Source of the DNA: a virus
Taxonomy: Duplodnaviria; Caudoviricetes
Reading direction: 5' to 3' (one strand)
DNA: 62,627 nucleotides
IMG/VR virus record: IMGVR_UViG_3300025115_000633
Location: 1 to 62,627 of that record
A program made the translations under genes and the position numbers. This document shows, piece by piece, positions 46,199-56,487 of the stretch (its first letter is position 1; each line of letters opens with the position of its first letter). The notes beneath the pieces are model-generated. The model saw only the letters and a list, made by a program, of their open reading frames with translations. It was not told the DNA's origin and made no database searches.

Positions 46199-46473
46199 CC
46201 GAACCAGAAAGAATAGGTTACAACATCGGAATTTTGGTTGCCGAGAAATTGCCAGATAAATACATGGTGAGCAAAGACAGGTTTATCCTGGCGGCAAAAG
46301 AACTAGAATGCAAAATGGCAGGGGATGGACAGCTACCGAGTGAGTATAACTGCAATCGTTTATTAGGTACAAATGTAAAGGCTACCCAATATTTCAAAGG
46401 TATGGAAGACGGTATCGCTGAGGTGTGGAAAAGGAAATCCGATGCTGCCAAGCAAAAAAAACCTACTGTTTGA
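46195..46473 (+). CDS. hypothetical protein
   Basis: GGAGG SD; ATGA overlap. Confidence 0.6.
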   Translation: MTEPERIGYNIGILVAEKLPDKYMVSKDRFILAAKELECKMAGDGQLPSEYNCNRLLGTNVKATQYFKGMEDGIAEVWKRKSDAAKQKKPTV

Positions 46474-49075
46474 GTTGGAAGAACCTAAAGACGGAGCGAC
46501 CGAAGAGCCAAAGAAGGAAGTTAAGAAGCGGAAGCCGAAAGTGGCAGAGCTGCCGCCTAACACTCCTGAAGGCATAACGGAAGAGTGTGTCAAGTGTTTA
46601 GCTTATCCTTGCTGCAATTCCCCTTTCATGAATCCTTATGGTAAAAATGAGCTGGGGGTAGTTTTGGTAGGGGATTGTCCTAGTGCCGAGGATGACAGAC
46701 GTGGCAGGCCATTTATGGGGAATGACGGGGAAGAGTTGTCGCTTATTTTACGGTCAATGGGTCTCGATGTGGGCAGGGACTTCCTGCGGCTTAATGTAAT
46801 GCAGTGTTTTCCTGCTAACGGGGAATTCAAGAAAGTTTCGGCGAATAAATGTAAGCATCGTTGGCATAAACAAATATTAGACTCGAAACCTCAACTCATA
46901 ATAATGCTGGGTGGCGATGCCTGGAAGTTGGTGGGCGACCCGCCATTACCTCTTAGCGGACATCCTCCAAACATCACAAGTGTCAGAGGACGGGTATTTC
47001 CTTTACGGCAATATGGGTGTTGGGGTTTAGCTACGTTGCATCCGCGAGAAATATTCAAATCTTTAGATAATAAACGTGATCCTAATTTGCATAAAGAGAT
47101 TACGGATTTGGTGACAAAAGACTTATGGCGAGGTTTTGAACATCTTGGAAAACCCTTGCCGGAACTTCCTAACCCAAAAGACTATATGGTTATGCGGACA
47201 GTAGAAGAAGTTCTGAACTTAGAAAAAGCGTTGTTTGACGACGATAGGCCTGTTAGTGTCGATTATGAAACTAATCAGGCTGACCCTTATGGACCTAATC
47301 CTCCTCAGATTCTATTTCTTTCTGTGGCGATAATGGGGGCAGAACATTTTTCTTTTATTATACCTCTTGACCACAAAGAGCATACGTGGTTGCCTGAAGA
47401 ACGTCTTGAGGTTGTTCGAATTATTACACGGATAATGAGCAAAGAGAAAAAAAAGATTGTCCAGAACGTTAGTTTTGAGATGATGTGGACGGAGATCTAT
47501 TTTGGTGTCCCGTTTGAAAATTACATATATGATACAATGTTGGGTGCCCATGTTATCGATAGCCGTAAAGGAACGACAAGCCTGGCTTTTCAGGTATTTG
47601 AACTTAATGGAGACAAATATAAGGAAAAAGTTGACAGGCTGAACCTTGCTGATACGTCACTTGAAGTTGCGGCAGAATACGGGGGGTTGGATGCCCGATA
47701 TCCTTTAATGCTGACTCAGGCACATGAACAAAAAATGGAGGCCGAGCCTTTTATTAAGGAGGGGTATAAACTTTGTCATGATTCAATCCGAACACTTACT
47801 GAAATGGAAATGACCGGCATTCGTGCTGATCGGGAGGCTTTGCAGGAGCTTAAAGAGGATTGTGCCAAAGAAATTCAGGCTATCGAAGAATGGGTTTATG
47901 GCTCTGAGCCCTTTCAAAAATATATATCTTTAACAGGAAAAACCCCCAATTTCGCGCATGTGTGTGTCAATAAGGTTTTGTTCGACATAATGAACCTCCC
48001 AAAATCGAAACGTACAACCAGAGCTGGAAATCCTGAAGTCGGGCAGGACGCTCTAGCTGAAATGGCAAATGAGATGAAGCCAGACACATTTGAGTGGGAG
48101 CTGGTTAAAAAGATTGCCAGAGGTTCACGCCTTACCAAACTGATGTCTAATTTTATTCAACGGTTTGAAGCATCTATCCACCCAGATGGCCGGTTTCATC
48201 CTGGTTTTCTAATGCATGTTGTGGAAACATACCGTAGTAGTTCGACGAATCCGAGTTTTCATAACCTGCCAAAACATGACCCCTATACGTTGAAGTTCAG
48301 GAAAGTGATAGCCGCTGATCCAGGGTATTTGCTCGTTTCTGGCGACTTTTCAGCGGCAGAAGTGCGGTGTCTTGCGATGAGAAGCAAAGACCCCACGCTG
48401 GTGAAATACATGAAAACCGGCTATGACATGCATAAAGAATGGGCTGCAAAAGGGTTAAAGTTGCCTCTTGACCAGATTAAAAAGGAACTGAGGCAGATAT
48501 TCAAGAATAAGCTCGTTTTTCCTTGGTATTACGGGGCGACGGTAGGCACAGTGTTGCGGGGCTTAAGGGATGGGGCGGTCGAGTTATCAGATATTTCAGG
48601 AATGGCTACTGAGATTCAACGCCTTCGCACCATAACCTACGAGGAAGTTTTGCAGATGGAGAAGTTGTTTTGGCGGGAGTTTGCGGGTGTGCACAAGTGG
48701 CAAAAAAAGGTGTGGACAGAATACAAAGCTACCGGATATGCTGAGCTGGCTTCGGGGTTTAGACGACGAGGTCCACTTGAGTATAACGAATTGATTTCTA
48801 CGGTTATTCAGGGTCCTACTTTCCATATAGTTCTAAAAGGGTTATGCGAGACCCGTAATCGATTGGTGGACGAAAAGCTTAAAGCTAAGCCCGTTATAGA
48901 GGTTCATGACGATGGTTTGTTTCTCGTTCCCGAGGATGAAGTATCTAAATTTTTAAGTATTGCTGATGAAGAATTTACGAAAAAGCGGTACGATTGGCAG
49001 GGGGATGTGCCTATGAACGTGAAATGGGGAAAGGGTAAAAATTGGTATGAAATGGAAGATATTGAACTTTCTTGA
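46442..49075 (+). CDS. polA: family A DNA polymerase with N-terminal family-4 uracil-DNA glycosylase-like domain and 3'-5' exonuclease
   Basis: VGDCPSAEDDRRGRPFMG and TLHP (UDG4); VDYET, YDTML, YGGLDA (exo); GDFSAAEVR, RQIFKNKLVFPWYYG, VHDD (pol motifs A/B/C). Confidence 0.93.
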   Translation: MLPSKKNLLFELEEPKDGATEEPKKEVKKRKPKVAELPPNTPEGITEECVKCLAYPCCNSPFMNPYGKNELGVVLVGDCPSAEDDRRGRPFMGNDGEELSLILRSMGLDVGRDFLRLNVMQCFPANGEFKKVSANKCKHRWHKQILDSKPQLIIMLGGDAWKLVGDPPLPLSGHPPNITSVRGRVFPLRQYGCWGLATLHPREIFKSLDNKRDPNLHKEITDLVTKDLWRGFEHLGKPLPELPNPKDYMVMRTVEEVLNLEKALFDDDRPVSVDYETNQADPYGPNPPQILFLSVAIMGAEHFSFIIPLDHKEHTWLPEERLEVVRIITRIMSKEKKKIVQNVSFEMMWTEIYFGVPFENYIYDTMLGAHVIDSRKGTTSLAFQVFELNGDKYKEKVDRLNLADTSLEVAAEYGGLDARYPLMLTQAHEQKMEAEPFIKEGYKLCHDSIRTLTEMEMTGIRADREALQELKEDCAKEIQAIEEWVYGSEPFQKYISLTGKTPNFAHVCVNKVLFDIMNLPKSKRTTRAGNPEVGQDALAEMANEMKPDTFEWELVKKIARGSRLTKLMSNFIQRFEASIHPDGRFHPGFLMHVVETYRSSSTNPSFHNLPKHDPYTLKFRKVIAADPGYLLVSGDFSAAEVRCLAMRSKDPTLVKYMKTGYDMHKEWAAKGLKLPLDQIKKELRQIFKNKLVFPWYYGATVGTVLRGLRDGAVELSDISGMATEIQRLRTITYEEVLQMEKLFWREFAGVHKWQKKVWTEYKATGYAELASGFRRRGPLEYNELISTVIQGPTFHIVLKGLCETRNRLVDEKLKAKPVIEVHDDGLFLVPEDEVSKFLSIADEEFTKKRYDWQGDVPMNVKWGKGKNWYEMEDIELS

Positions 49076-49078
49076 GAA

Positions 49079-49102
49079 GTTTAACCTGTCGCCCGGTATA
49101 AT
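49079..49102 (+). promoter_or_regulatory. phage promoter motif GTTTAA-N12-TATAAT
   Basis: gtttaa-cctgtcgcccgg-tataat. Confidence 0.82.
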
Positions 49103-49123
49103 ACCTATGAAAGGAAAATTTGT

Positions 49124-49291
49124 ATGCACAGCTTTTTACTTGGGCTACTTTTAGTTATTGGGCTGGTCGTCGCAGTCCTGATAGTTGCAGTGGTTGTCTA
49201 TATTTTGGCAAAGGCTGTAACTGCGGGCATACTGTCGGCGACCAGATATTACAAACAAAAGGACGAGAGTAAACGTCCGTCTCATTTTTGA
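49124..49291 (+). CDS. small membrane protein (55 aa, MHSFLLGLLLVIGLVVAV...)
   Basis: Not in ORF track; AAGGA SD; long hydrophobic helix plus basic tail; fills the gap after the promoter. Confidence 0.7.
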   Translation: MHSFLLGLLLVIGLVVAVLIVAVVVYILAKAVTAGILSATRYYKQKDESKRPSHF

Positions 49292-49304
49292 AAAGGAGAG
49301 AAGT

Positions 49305-50297
49305 ATGGCAATTCCGTCAAATCAGAACAGGCGTCCAGGTTTCGACCCGGCAAGAAGGGCAGAAGCTTTCAAGGCAGCAACAGAGAGGAGCAAACATCCA
49401 GGCGGCAACAGGAAAACGTATGTTGATGCCGCAGCCCTCGAGCGTGCCGGCATCCGAAAGTTTCAGGCGAAGGTTGGCCCAAACTTCCTTCGTGTGATTC
49501 CGTGGTCGAAAGACCCCAACGAGGTGTGGTTCATGGAAATTGGTGTTCACTACGATGAAGGGCTTAATAACGACAATTTCCTTTGTCCGAGGGTCACTAA
49601 CCATATGCCATGCCCTGTTTGCGAAGAGTTTCAACGCATCCATGCTGAGGGCGGCGACAAAGATGCCACACGGTCATATCGTGTAACCACACGATATCTG
49701 GCGTATGTTGTAAACGCTAAGAATGAGGAAACCCTTAGCGAAGGTGTGCACCTCTACGACTTCCCGCCAACCGTTTTTCAGGGAATTATGGACGCATCTA
49801 CAAACCAGAGAACTGGTGACATTGTGTTCATAGATACCCCTAATGATGGAAAAGTCGTCAGCTTCGTCCGCACTGGCACAAGCATGAAAGACACCAGATA
49901 TTCTGCGTTCAAGCTCGAAGATGAGACGACTAGGCTTGGCGCTGAGTTCTTCGATGTGCCGGAGATCTCAGATTTCCTTATCCTCGCCCAGTACGACGAG
50001 ATAAAGGCAGCGATGGACGGCACTGCCCCGCCAGCAGAAAATTCTTTCGACGATGACCCTGAAGAGTCAATTGATGATGCTGAAACCGCTATGGTGGATG
50101 AGGGCTTTGGCGAAACCGTAGAGGAGTCGCAGGAGCTGGCAGAACCCGAAACTGAGACGGAAACTGCCTCTAAACCAAAAGTTGCCATAAAGCCACTCTT
50201 GCGTCCAGGCGTTAAGCCTACATCGGCAGCATCTCAGATGGTTGAGAGGGCACATAAGAACATCGAGACCGCCCGCAAACATCGCATGCAGAAATAG
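49305..50297 (+). CDS. single-stranded DNA-binding protein, T4 gp32-like
   Basis: NFLRVIP, VHY...FLCP...CPVCE Zn site, RTGT...TRY, acidic C-terminal region; adjacent to RecA. Confidence 0.8.
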   Translation: MAIPSNQNRRPGFDPARRAEAFKAATERSKHPGGNRKTYVDAAALERAGIRKFQAKVGPNFLRVIPWSKDPNEVWFMEIGVHYDEGLNNDNFLCPRVTNHMPCPVCEEFQRIHAEGGDKDATRSYRVTTRYLAYVVNAKNEETLSEGVHLYDFPPTVFQGIMDASTNQRTGDIVFIDTPNDGKVVSFVRTGTSMKDTRYSAFKLEDETTRLGAEFFDVPEISDFLILAQYDEIKAAMDGTAPPAENSFDDDPEESIDDAETAMVDEGFGETVEESQELAEPETETETASKPKVAIKPLLRPGVKPTSAASQMVERAHKNIETARKHRMQK

Positions 50298-50306
50298 GAG
50301 TGCTTT

Positions 50307-51491
50307 GTGAGAAGAAAAGCTGTTTCGCTTGATCTGGCGGAAGAGACCGAAGATGACGTTGTTCTTCAGCTTTTGAAGCTTCCGAATGTAGTGTCATGGT
50401 TAAGCACGGGATGCACTGTCCTAGATTTGTCTCTTTCGGGTAAACTGCCCGGCGGGTTCCCTGCCGGGCGAGTTTCCCAAATCTACGGGCAGACCTCGAC
50501 GGGCAAAAGTGTAATGGTGCAAGAACCTTTGGGATCAGCTCAACGGCAGGGCGGCAAGGCTTTCTTTGCCGATTCTGAGTTTTCGTTGGATATCGACCGA
50601 GCTATGGCTATTCACGGCATTTCCGTTGACCCTAACCGGTGGAACTATTTTTGCCCCAAATCCGCCGAGCAACTTTTTGACGTGTATATCGAGTCTATTT
50701 TGAATGGTCGTGATTCCTTCCCGGAGAGCGAAATCAAGGTACTCAAGAAAAATGGTATTTACGACCTACTGCCTGATGGTCCACTGCCGCAACATGGCCC
50801 ACCGTGTGCCGTAGCAGTGGACTCGCTCTCCGCTCTTTCTGATGAGGCAGAGATAGATCATAAGCTGGCAGACCCAATGGCTCGAGCGACAAAAGCCAAA
50901 GTGTTGAGTCGTGCGTTCAGGAAATACACCTACCCGGTCAGCCGCAAGAACTTGGCTTTGATTATGGTTGACCAGGTACGGTTTAAGCCTGATGCTCTTG
51001 GTAATCCAGAGACCACATCTGGCGGGCAGGCTCCTGGGTTTTACTCCAGCGTCCGTTTACGGCTTTCTGAAGCTGGTGGCCGTGAGGATAAAGCTGAACG
51101 GTGGATAAAAGATACACGTGGCAGAATCATAGGTGAGAGGTTCGGGTTTTTTGTAAAGAAAAACAAGGTTGCAATGCCCTTTGAAAAAGGGTATTACAGA
51201 TATCTGTTCGGCTATGGGGTTGATGATATTGGCACAAGCCTCGAGTGGCTACGCCCTATGGGGGAAAGTGATCCCGCTAATGAGCTTAAGAAGAAGTTCT
51301 GGACAGGTTCTCATTTCTCTCTCGGCGGCAAGAAAGTAAACGGTATAGATAACGCTATTAAGATGGTAGAAGGTGAGGGGTTTGAGGTTGAACTCACGAA
51401 AGCTGTGCAGGAAGTATGGGATTTCACGCACCCAAAATTGGACCGCAAAGCAAGAATTAGATTGGAAAAAGAAGAGCCGTGCACCGAATAA
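50307..51491 (+). CDS. recA: RecA/UvsX recombinase
   Basis: STG...LD..LSG...GFPAGR, GQTSTGKS, VDSLSAL, DQVR, TTSGGQA..FYSSVRL, KNKVA.PF. Confidence 0.95.
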   Translation: MRRKAVSLDLAEETEDDVVLQLLKLPNVVSWLSTGCTVLDLSLSGKLPGGFPAGRVSQIYGQTSTGKSVMVQEPLGSAQRQGGKAFFADSEFSLDIDRAMAIHGISVDPNRWNYFCPKSAEQLFDVYIESILNGRDSFPESEIKVLKKNGIYDLLPDGPLPQHGPPCAVAVDSLSALSDEAEIDHKLADPMARATKAKVLSRAFRKYTYPVSRKNLALIMVDQVRFKPDALGNPETTSGGQAPGFYSSVRLRLSEAGGREDKAERWIKDTRGRIIGERFGFFVKKNKVAMPFEKGYYRYLFGYGVDDIGTSLEWLRPMGESDPANELKKKFWTGSHFSLGGKKVNGIDNAIKMVEGEGFEVELTKAVQEVWDFTHPKLDRKARIRLEKEEPCTE

Positions 51492-52927
51492 TCCTCGGAA
51501 ATGTGCTTGACGAGCTTCAAAAGCTACCGAGTGAGAGCGTTCATTGTATTCTCACATCTCCGCCTTATTATGGGCTTAGATCGTATGGTACACCGTCTCA
51601 AATTTGGGGTGGCAATCCCGTATGTGAGCACGATTTCAGCATCGAGACTCCCCCGCCAAGGGAGAGGAACGAGGACGATGTCGTGAACCCCGACACGTTG
51701 CAAAACGCCAATCGTGGTGCTTGTTATGATGCGGAAGAGAACAGTGGACGATTTTGCTCTAAGTGTGGTGCTTGGTTCGGTCATTTGGGGCTTGAGCCAA
51801 ACCCTATCATGTATATCGAGCACATGACAGAAATTCTTGTTGAGGCGAAACGGGTGCTCCGTAACGACGGCACTTTCTGGCTTAACATCGGCGACTCCTA
51901 CGTAGGCGGCAAAGGCCAGAGTGGGACGAGAGGTGCTGAATATCAGGAAGCCAGAAACGATTCTGGCGAAAGCATAAACCAAGGGTATCAAACGCTTGGG
52001 GGTCCCGTACTTACTCGCCCAACTGATAATATGGTTATGCTTCGAGAAATGCGGATGAAGCCAAAAGATTTGATGGGTATTCCGTGGATGCTGGCTTTTG
52101 CTTTACGGGATACCGGATGGTGGCTTAGGCAGGACATTATTTGGGCTAAAAAGAACTGCATGCCTGAGAGTGTTAAAGATCGTTGTACTCGTAGTCATGA
52201 ATATGTTTTCTTGCTTACCAAGTCGGAACAATATTATTACGACTGGTATGCCATTAGAGAGCCAGCAGCATATGATGGCAGGAAAGATGAAATGTTCAAA
52301 GGTGCGGTAAAGAGCTATGATGGCGTTATGCCTGGTGGTAAGCCTCACACTTTTGCCCAAGCAGGCCATCCGAGATGGAACAAAGATGAGAATGGTGAGA
52401 GGTATCGGAATAAGCGAGATGTGTGGTTTTTATCTTTACAGCCGTTTAAGGAAGCCCATTTTGCTACATTCCCTCCAGATTTAATCCGTCCAATGATTCT
52501 CGCTGGCACTTCTCAATACGGGGCTTGCTCAACTTGCGGTGCACCGTGGGAAAGATGTTTCGAGGACAATATTGTGGGGGATAGACTAGCTGATGGCTCG
52601 TTGCGGAAAAGTAAAGCTTCTCGTCGGGCACAAACTCCTGGCAGTGAGATAAATGGCGAAACATCCGCATTTAATTCAGGTACATGGAATGAGCCGAAAT
52701 CAACGGGTTGGCGGCCAACGTGTTCGTGTGAGAAGAATGATCCTGTGCCGTGTAAAGTAATGGATATTTTTAACGGTTCTGGCACTTCTGGAATAGTGTG
52801 TTTGCAAGAAAGCCGTGAATATATCGGAATCGAATTGAAGCCTGAATATGTGGAGATGAGTGAACGACGATTAGACGCGGAGGCAAAACGCCTCAAATTT
52901 CTCCCCAAACAGGCAACTCTGTTTTAA
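51479..52927 (+). CDS. DNA N4/N6 methyltransferase (beta class)
   Basis: TSPPY, DIIWAK..CMPESVKDR, HFATFP, DIFNGSGT. Confidence 0.93.
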   Translation: MHRIILGNVLDELQKLPSESVHCILTSPPYYGLRSYGTPSQIWGGNPVCEHDFSIETPPPRERNEDDVVNPDTLQNANRGACYDAEENSGRFCSKCGAWFGHLGLEPNPIMYIEHMTEILVEAKRVLRNDGTFWLNIGDSYVGGKGQSGTRGAEYQEARNDSGESINQGYQTLGGPVLTRPTDNMVMLREMRMKPKDLMGIPWMLAFALRDTGWWLRQDIIWAKKNCMPESVKDRCTRSHEYVFLLTKSEQYYYDWYAIREPAAYDGRKDEMFKGAVKSYDGVMPGGKPHTFAQAGHPRWNKDENGERYRNKRDVWFLSLQPFKEAHFATFPPDLIRPMILAGTSQYGACSTCGAPWERCFEDNIVGDRLADGSLRKSKASRRAQTPGSEINGETSAFNSGTWNEPKSTGWRPTCSCEKNDPVPCKVMDIFNGSGTSGIVCLQESREYIGIELKPEYVEMSERRLDAEAKRLKFLPKQATLF

Positions 52928-52956
52928 GTTAAATGTCGAAAAATTAGGAGTGGCAC

Positions 52957-54237
52957 GTGTATACCTTGACCCAAGGTAACGCTTTGGTCGAGCTTCAAAA
53001 GCTCCCATCTAACAGCGTTCACTGTGTCATAACTTCTCCGCCATATTATGGTCTTAGAAATTATAATACTCCTCCTCAGACATGGGGGGAATGGAGTGGG
53101 CATCTTGGAATGGAGCCGACACCAGATCTTTTTGTTGAGCATCTCGTAGAGGTGTTCCGTGAGGTCAAGCGTGTCTTGACAGCCGATGGCACTTTATGGG
53201 TGGTGATTGGCGACACGTATCACGGGTCGTGGGGCAATTACGGCAACCGTCCTGAGTTGGACGGCAAAACCCTGAACCAAAGAGAAAAGAACTGTGAAGC
53301 ATATTCCCGTCGTGGTACGGCAGACCATAGGGAACGTCCACCGTCATCTTTCAAAATCGACGGGTTGAAACCAAAAGATTTGATGGGCGTCCCCTGGAAA
53401 TTGGCTTTTGCTCTTAGAGATGATGGTTGGTGGTTGCGTCAGGATATTATATGGGCAAAGACTTCCTGCATGCCCGAGAGTGTACGGGATAGGTGCACCC
53501 GCAGCCACGAATATGTGTTCCTTTTCAGCAAGTCCTCACAGTATTACTACGATTGGTTTGCTATCCGTGAACCTGTGGCTGATGTCAGCATGGAACGTGT
53601 GAAATACGGTTGGGATTGCGATAGGCCGTCGACCAAGAACAACGCATTCCAGACGGGTGACGGTTTACACTTTGAGGTGATGGGTGATAGATGGACTAAT
53701 TCTGCGGGCAGGAACAAGCGTGACGTGTGGTTCGTGGGTCCGAAACCTTTCAAGGGTGCACACTTTGCCACTTTCCCCGTTGAGTTGATTCGTCCGATGA
53801 TTAAGGCTGGCTGCCCTGAAAAGGTGTGCAGCACGTGTGGAAAATCATGGGAGAGGCGGGTGGAAATGAGGCGCCCGCCGGCGGACGTGTATACGAAGAG
53901 CAAACGCCCGCTTGAAATATGTGCCTTTAGCATTAAAGGTGCTCCTGATAGAGCTTGCGGGCAGAAGTATCAGGACTGGATAAATGCCAACCCTCCTGAT
54001 GACCGGTTGGAGCCAACCTGTGATTGCAATGCCGAAACCAAGTGCGGCACGGTGCTTGACCCCTTTAATGGGTCTGCTACTACAGGCGTTGTCGCTATGC
54101 AGGAGAAACGTGATTATATCGGCATCGAGCTGAACCCAGAATATGTGGTGATGAGTAAAAATCGTTTAGAGAAAGAAGAGCAAAGGTTGTCTCATTTACC
54201 TAAACAAAATCTGCTATTCGGAGAAACTGATGGGTGA
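52957..54237 (+). CDS. DNA N4/N6 methyltransferase (beta class), tandem paralog
   Basis: TSPPY, MPESVRDR, HFATFP, DPFNGSATT. Confidence 0.93.
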   Translation: MYTLTQGNALVELQKLPSNSVHCVITSPPYYGLRNYNTPPQTWGEWSGHLGMEPTPDLFVEHLVEVFREVKRVLTADGTLWVVIGDTYHGSWGNYGNRPELDGKTLNQREKNCEAYSRRGTADHRERPPSSFKIDGLKPKDLMGVPWKLAFALRDDGWWLRQDIIWAKTSCMPESVRDRCTRSHEYVFLFSKSSQYYYDWFAIREPVADVSMERVKYGWDCDRPSTKNNAFQTGDGLHFEVMGDRWTNSAGRNKRDVWFVGPKPFKGAHFATFPVELIRPMIKAGCPEKVCSTCGKSWERRVEMRRPPADVYTKSKRPLEICAFSIKGAPDRACGQKYQDWINANPPDDRLEPTCDCNAETKCGTVLDPFNGSATTGVVAMQEKRDYIGIELNPEYVVMSKNRLEKEEQRLSHLPKQNLLFGETDG

Positions 54238-55132
54238 TAATTCTGTAAAAGATTTGTTTGGGGATAAAGAACAGATAGCCATAGGGAGAATGAAAGCATT
54301 CGAGCCCTCTGAGGGTTACCATCTGGCTTTCAGCGGGGGCAAGGATAGCATTGTCCTTCTCCATCTGGCTAAACGAGCAGGTATAAAATATGACGCACAT
54401 TTTAATGTTACCAGTGTCGACCCTCCGGAGTTGATGCGGTTCATCAAGAAAGAATACCCAGAGGTTAAATGGGATAAGCCTGCGATGACGATGTTTCAGA
54501 TTATCCGCCAACGGGCTTTCCCTACGAGCAAATGCCGTGTGTGTTGTGAGATACTTAAAGAGCGTGGAGGTGAAGGTAGACGGATATTGACGGGCATTCG
54601 CTGGGCTGAATCTCGTAAACGTAGCCTACGTAAGCCGGAGAAGTTTCCAAAAGCGGGGGACGGGGCGGCATGGGTAGAGCATTGCCGGACAGGTAAAGGT
54701 ACAACCTATGTGCATCCGATTATCGACTGGTCAGATGAAGAAGTATGGCAATATATTCGCAACTATAAAGTGCCATATTGCTGCCTATACGATGAGGGTT
54801 GGAAACGAATGGGGTGCATAATGTGTCCTCAGGGTCGTCCTGCTAAGATGCGAAAAGAGGCTGCCAGGTGGCCACATGCTGCGGCAGCATACCAACGGGC
54901 TTTTCGATATCTGTGGGAATCAAAACATGAAGAACGTCCTTTTTATCAAAAATTTAAGGACGGTGATGATATGTTCGATTGGTGGTTAGAGAGAGGTAGA
55001 TGGGCTAAGAAAGAAATGGAGGATTATGATGGAGAAGAATTGTTCGACGACGAACCAGACGGAACAGGAGATTATTCTTCGGCAGACGGGCGAGATGGCG
55101 GCGATGAAATATCTGAACAGGTTGACGGATGA
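54230..55132 (+). CDS. PAPS reductase family (PP-loop, Fe-S) protein
   Basis: AFSGGKDS, CCEILKE, GIRWAES..R, PIIDW, RMGCIMCP. Confidence 0.9.
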   Translation: MGDNSVKDLFGDKEQIAIGRMKAFEPSEGYHLAFSGGKDSIVLLHLAKRAGIKYDAHFNVTSVDPPELMRFIKKEYPEVKWDKPAMTMFQIIRQRAFPTSKCRVCCEILKERGGEGRRILTGIRWAESRKRSLRKPEKFPKAGDGAAWVEHCRTGKGTTYVHPIIDWSDEEVWQYIRNYKVPYCCLYDEGWKRMGCIMCPQGRPAKMRKEAARWPHAAAAYQRAFRYLWESKHEERPFYQKFKDGDDMFDWWLERGRWAKKEMEDYDGEELFDDEPDGTGDYSSADGRDGGDEISEQVDG

Positions 55133-55256
55133 GGAGCTAAAAGAAGGCCTCAACGTATGGAAAGAATACTGTATACGTAAAAAGCTTTTATGGGCTTTCA
55201 TTTGCGGGTTTGTTTTAGGCATCATTTTCGCGTCTATGCCGTATGTTATACGTTAA
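55026..55256 (+). CDS. small protein with C-terminal transmembrane helix
   Basis: LLWAFICGFVLGIIFASM; start uncertain. Confidence 0.5.
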   Translation: MMEKNCSTTNQTEQEIILRQTGEMAAMKYLNRLTDEELKEGLNVWKEYCIRKKLLWAFICGFVLGIIFASMPYVIR

Positions 55257-55270
55257 ATGAGGGGTGCAGG

Positions 55271-56254
55271 GTGCACAATCTTGAGAACTTTAATATTGAC
55301 CTCGAAGCCGTATTCAAGAAATACGGAATAGATTACCAGCTTACGGGAGCTAACATAAGCCAGAAATGCGTCGGGGTTTGCTGCCCCTTCTGCGGGGACA
55401 GGAACTACCACATGGGGGTATTTAAGACCACCAAACGGTTTACCTGCTGGAAATGCAACGAGACCGGTAGCCTCTATGAGCTTCTCAAGGAGACGAACAA
55501 TATAACGTGGAAAGAGTTTCTGACCATAGTAGCGAAACGCCCATCTCAACGCCCGACTGAGGCTATAGCCAATATTCTTCACAAGAAAGATAAAATTGAG
55601 CACGACGTTTTTACTATCTATAATAAAATGCCCAATGGATGTATTCCTATAACTGAAAACGTGGTTAGGCGTCATACGCTGCTTAGCGAGTTCATGAACA
55701 AACGAAATCTGAGCTTAGAGCAGGCTAAGATGTTCGGTGCACACTACGCTACGGCGGGTGAGATGGCTTGCAGGTTCTGCTTTCCCATTTTCGGCAAAAC
55801 CATATTTCCAAACAAACCTCTGCCTTGGCAAAAGATGGTTTCATACCAGGGTAGGGACATTTCGGGGCAGGCGATTGCCAGATATAAGGGACCTCACAAC
55901 TCTTGCGTGTCCTCGATTTTGTATGTGGTGGGAGATTACTCGAAGCGTTTGGTGCTTGTTGAAGGCGTTCTTGACGCATGGCGGATGGGCGAAGGAGTTG
56001 CGGCTACTTTTTCTGCACAACTTTCTGACGATCAGATAAATCTACTTATCGCAATGAAACCAGAGCAGGTTGTTCTGGCATGGGATGCGGATGCCTATAC
56101 GAAAGCACTTAAAATGGCAAATAATATTGCACCGTTTTTGCCCTCAGTCCGGGTCGCTAAACTTCCTGTCTGGGTCAACGGGAAGAAAGCTGACCCGGAC
56201 TTTTTGGGCAAAGAAGCTATGGAAGCTATCATTTCAGAAGCCAAATTAATTTAA
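55271..56254 (+). CDS. DNA primase (Zn finger + TOPRIM)
   Basis: CPFC...CWKC, YQGR, LVEGVLDA, WDADA, DP. Confidence 0.88.
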   Translation: MHNLENFNIDLEAVFKKYGIDYQLTGANISQKCVGVCCPFCGDRNYHMGVFKTTKRFTCWKCNETGSLYELLKETNNITWKEFLTIVAKRPSQRPTEAIANILHKKDKIEHDVFTIYNKMPNGCIPITENVVRRHTLLSEFMNKRNLSLEQAKMFGAHYATAGEMACRFCFPIFGKTIFPNKPLPWQKMVSYQGRDISGQAIARYKGPHNSCVSSILYVVGDYSKRLVLVEGVLDAWRMGEGVAATFSAQLSDDQINLLIAMKPEQVVLAWDADAYTKALKMANNIAPFLPSVRVAKLPVWVNGKKADPDFLGKEAMEAIISEAKLI

Positions 56255-56262
56255 GGAGAACA

Positions 56263-56487
56263 ATGATGGGTGATATTACGGTGGACGCTGTTTTTTTCAA
56301 GCTCAATTCAAAAACACGGCTATGGGAAAAAGGTATTGCCGGGACCAAAATGTTCGGGTGGAACAACCGTGATGAAAAATGGTTCGTCACTACCTATAGT
56401 AAAATAGGTCCTAACTCTGAACGGCGGGAAATACGGTTTGACGTTTTTCAAGACGCTGTTAATGCTTTTATGGAGGTCGTGGTATGA
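56263..56487 (+). CDS. hypothetical protein
   Basis: AAGGAG SD. Confidence 0.65.
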   Translation: MMGDITVDAVFFKLNSKTRLWEKGIAGTKMFGWNNRDEKWFVTTYSKIGPNSERREIRFDVFQDAVNAFMEVVV

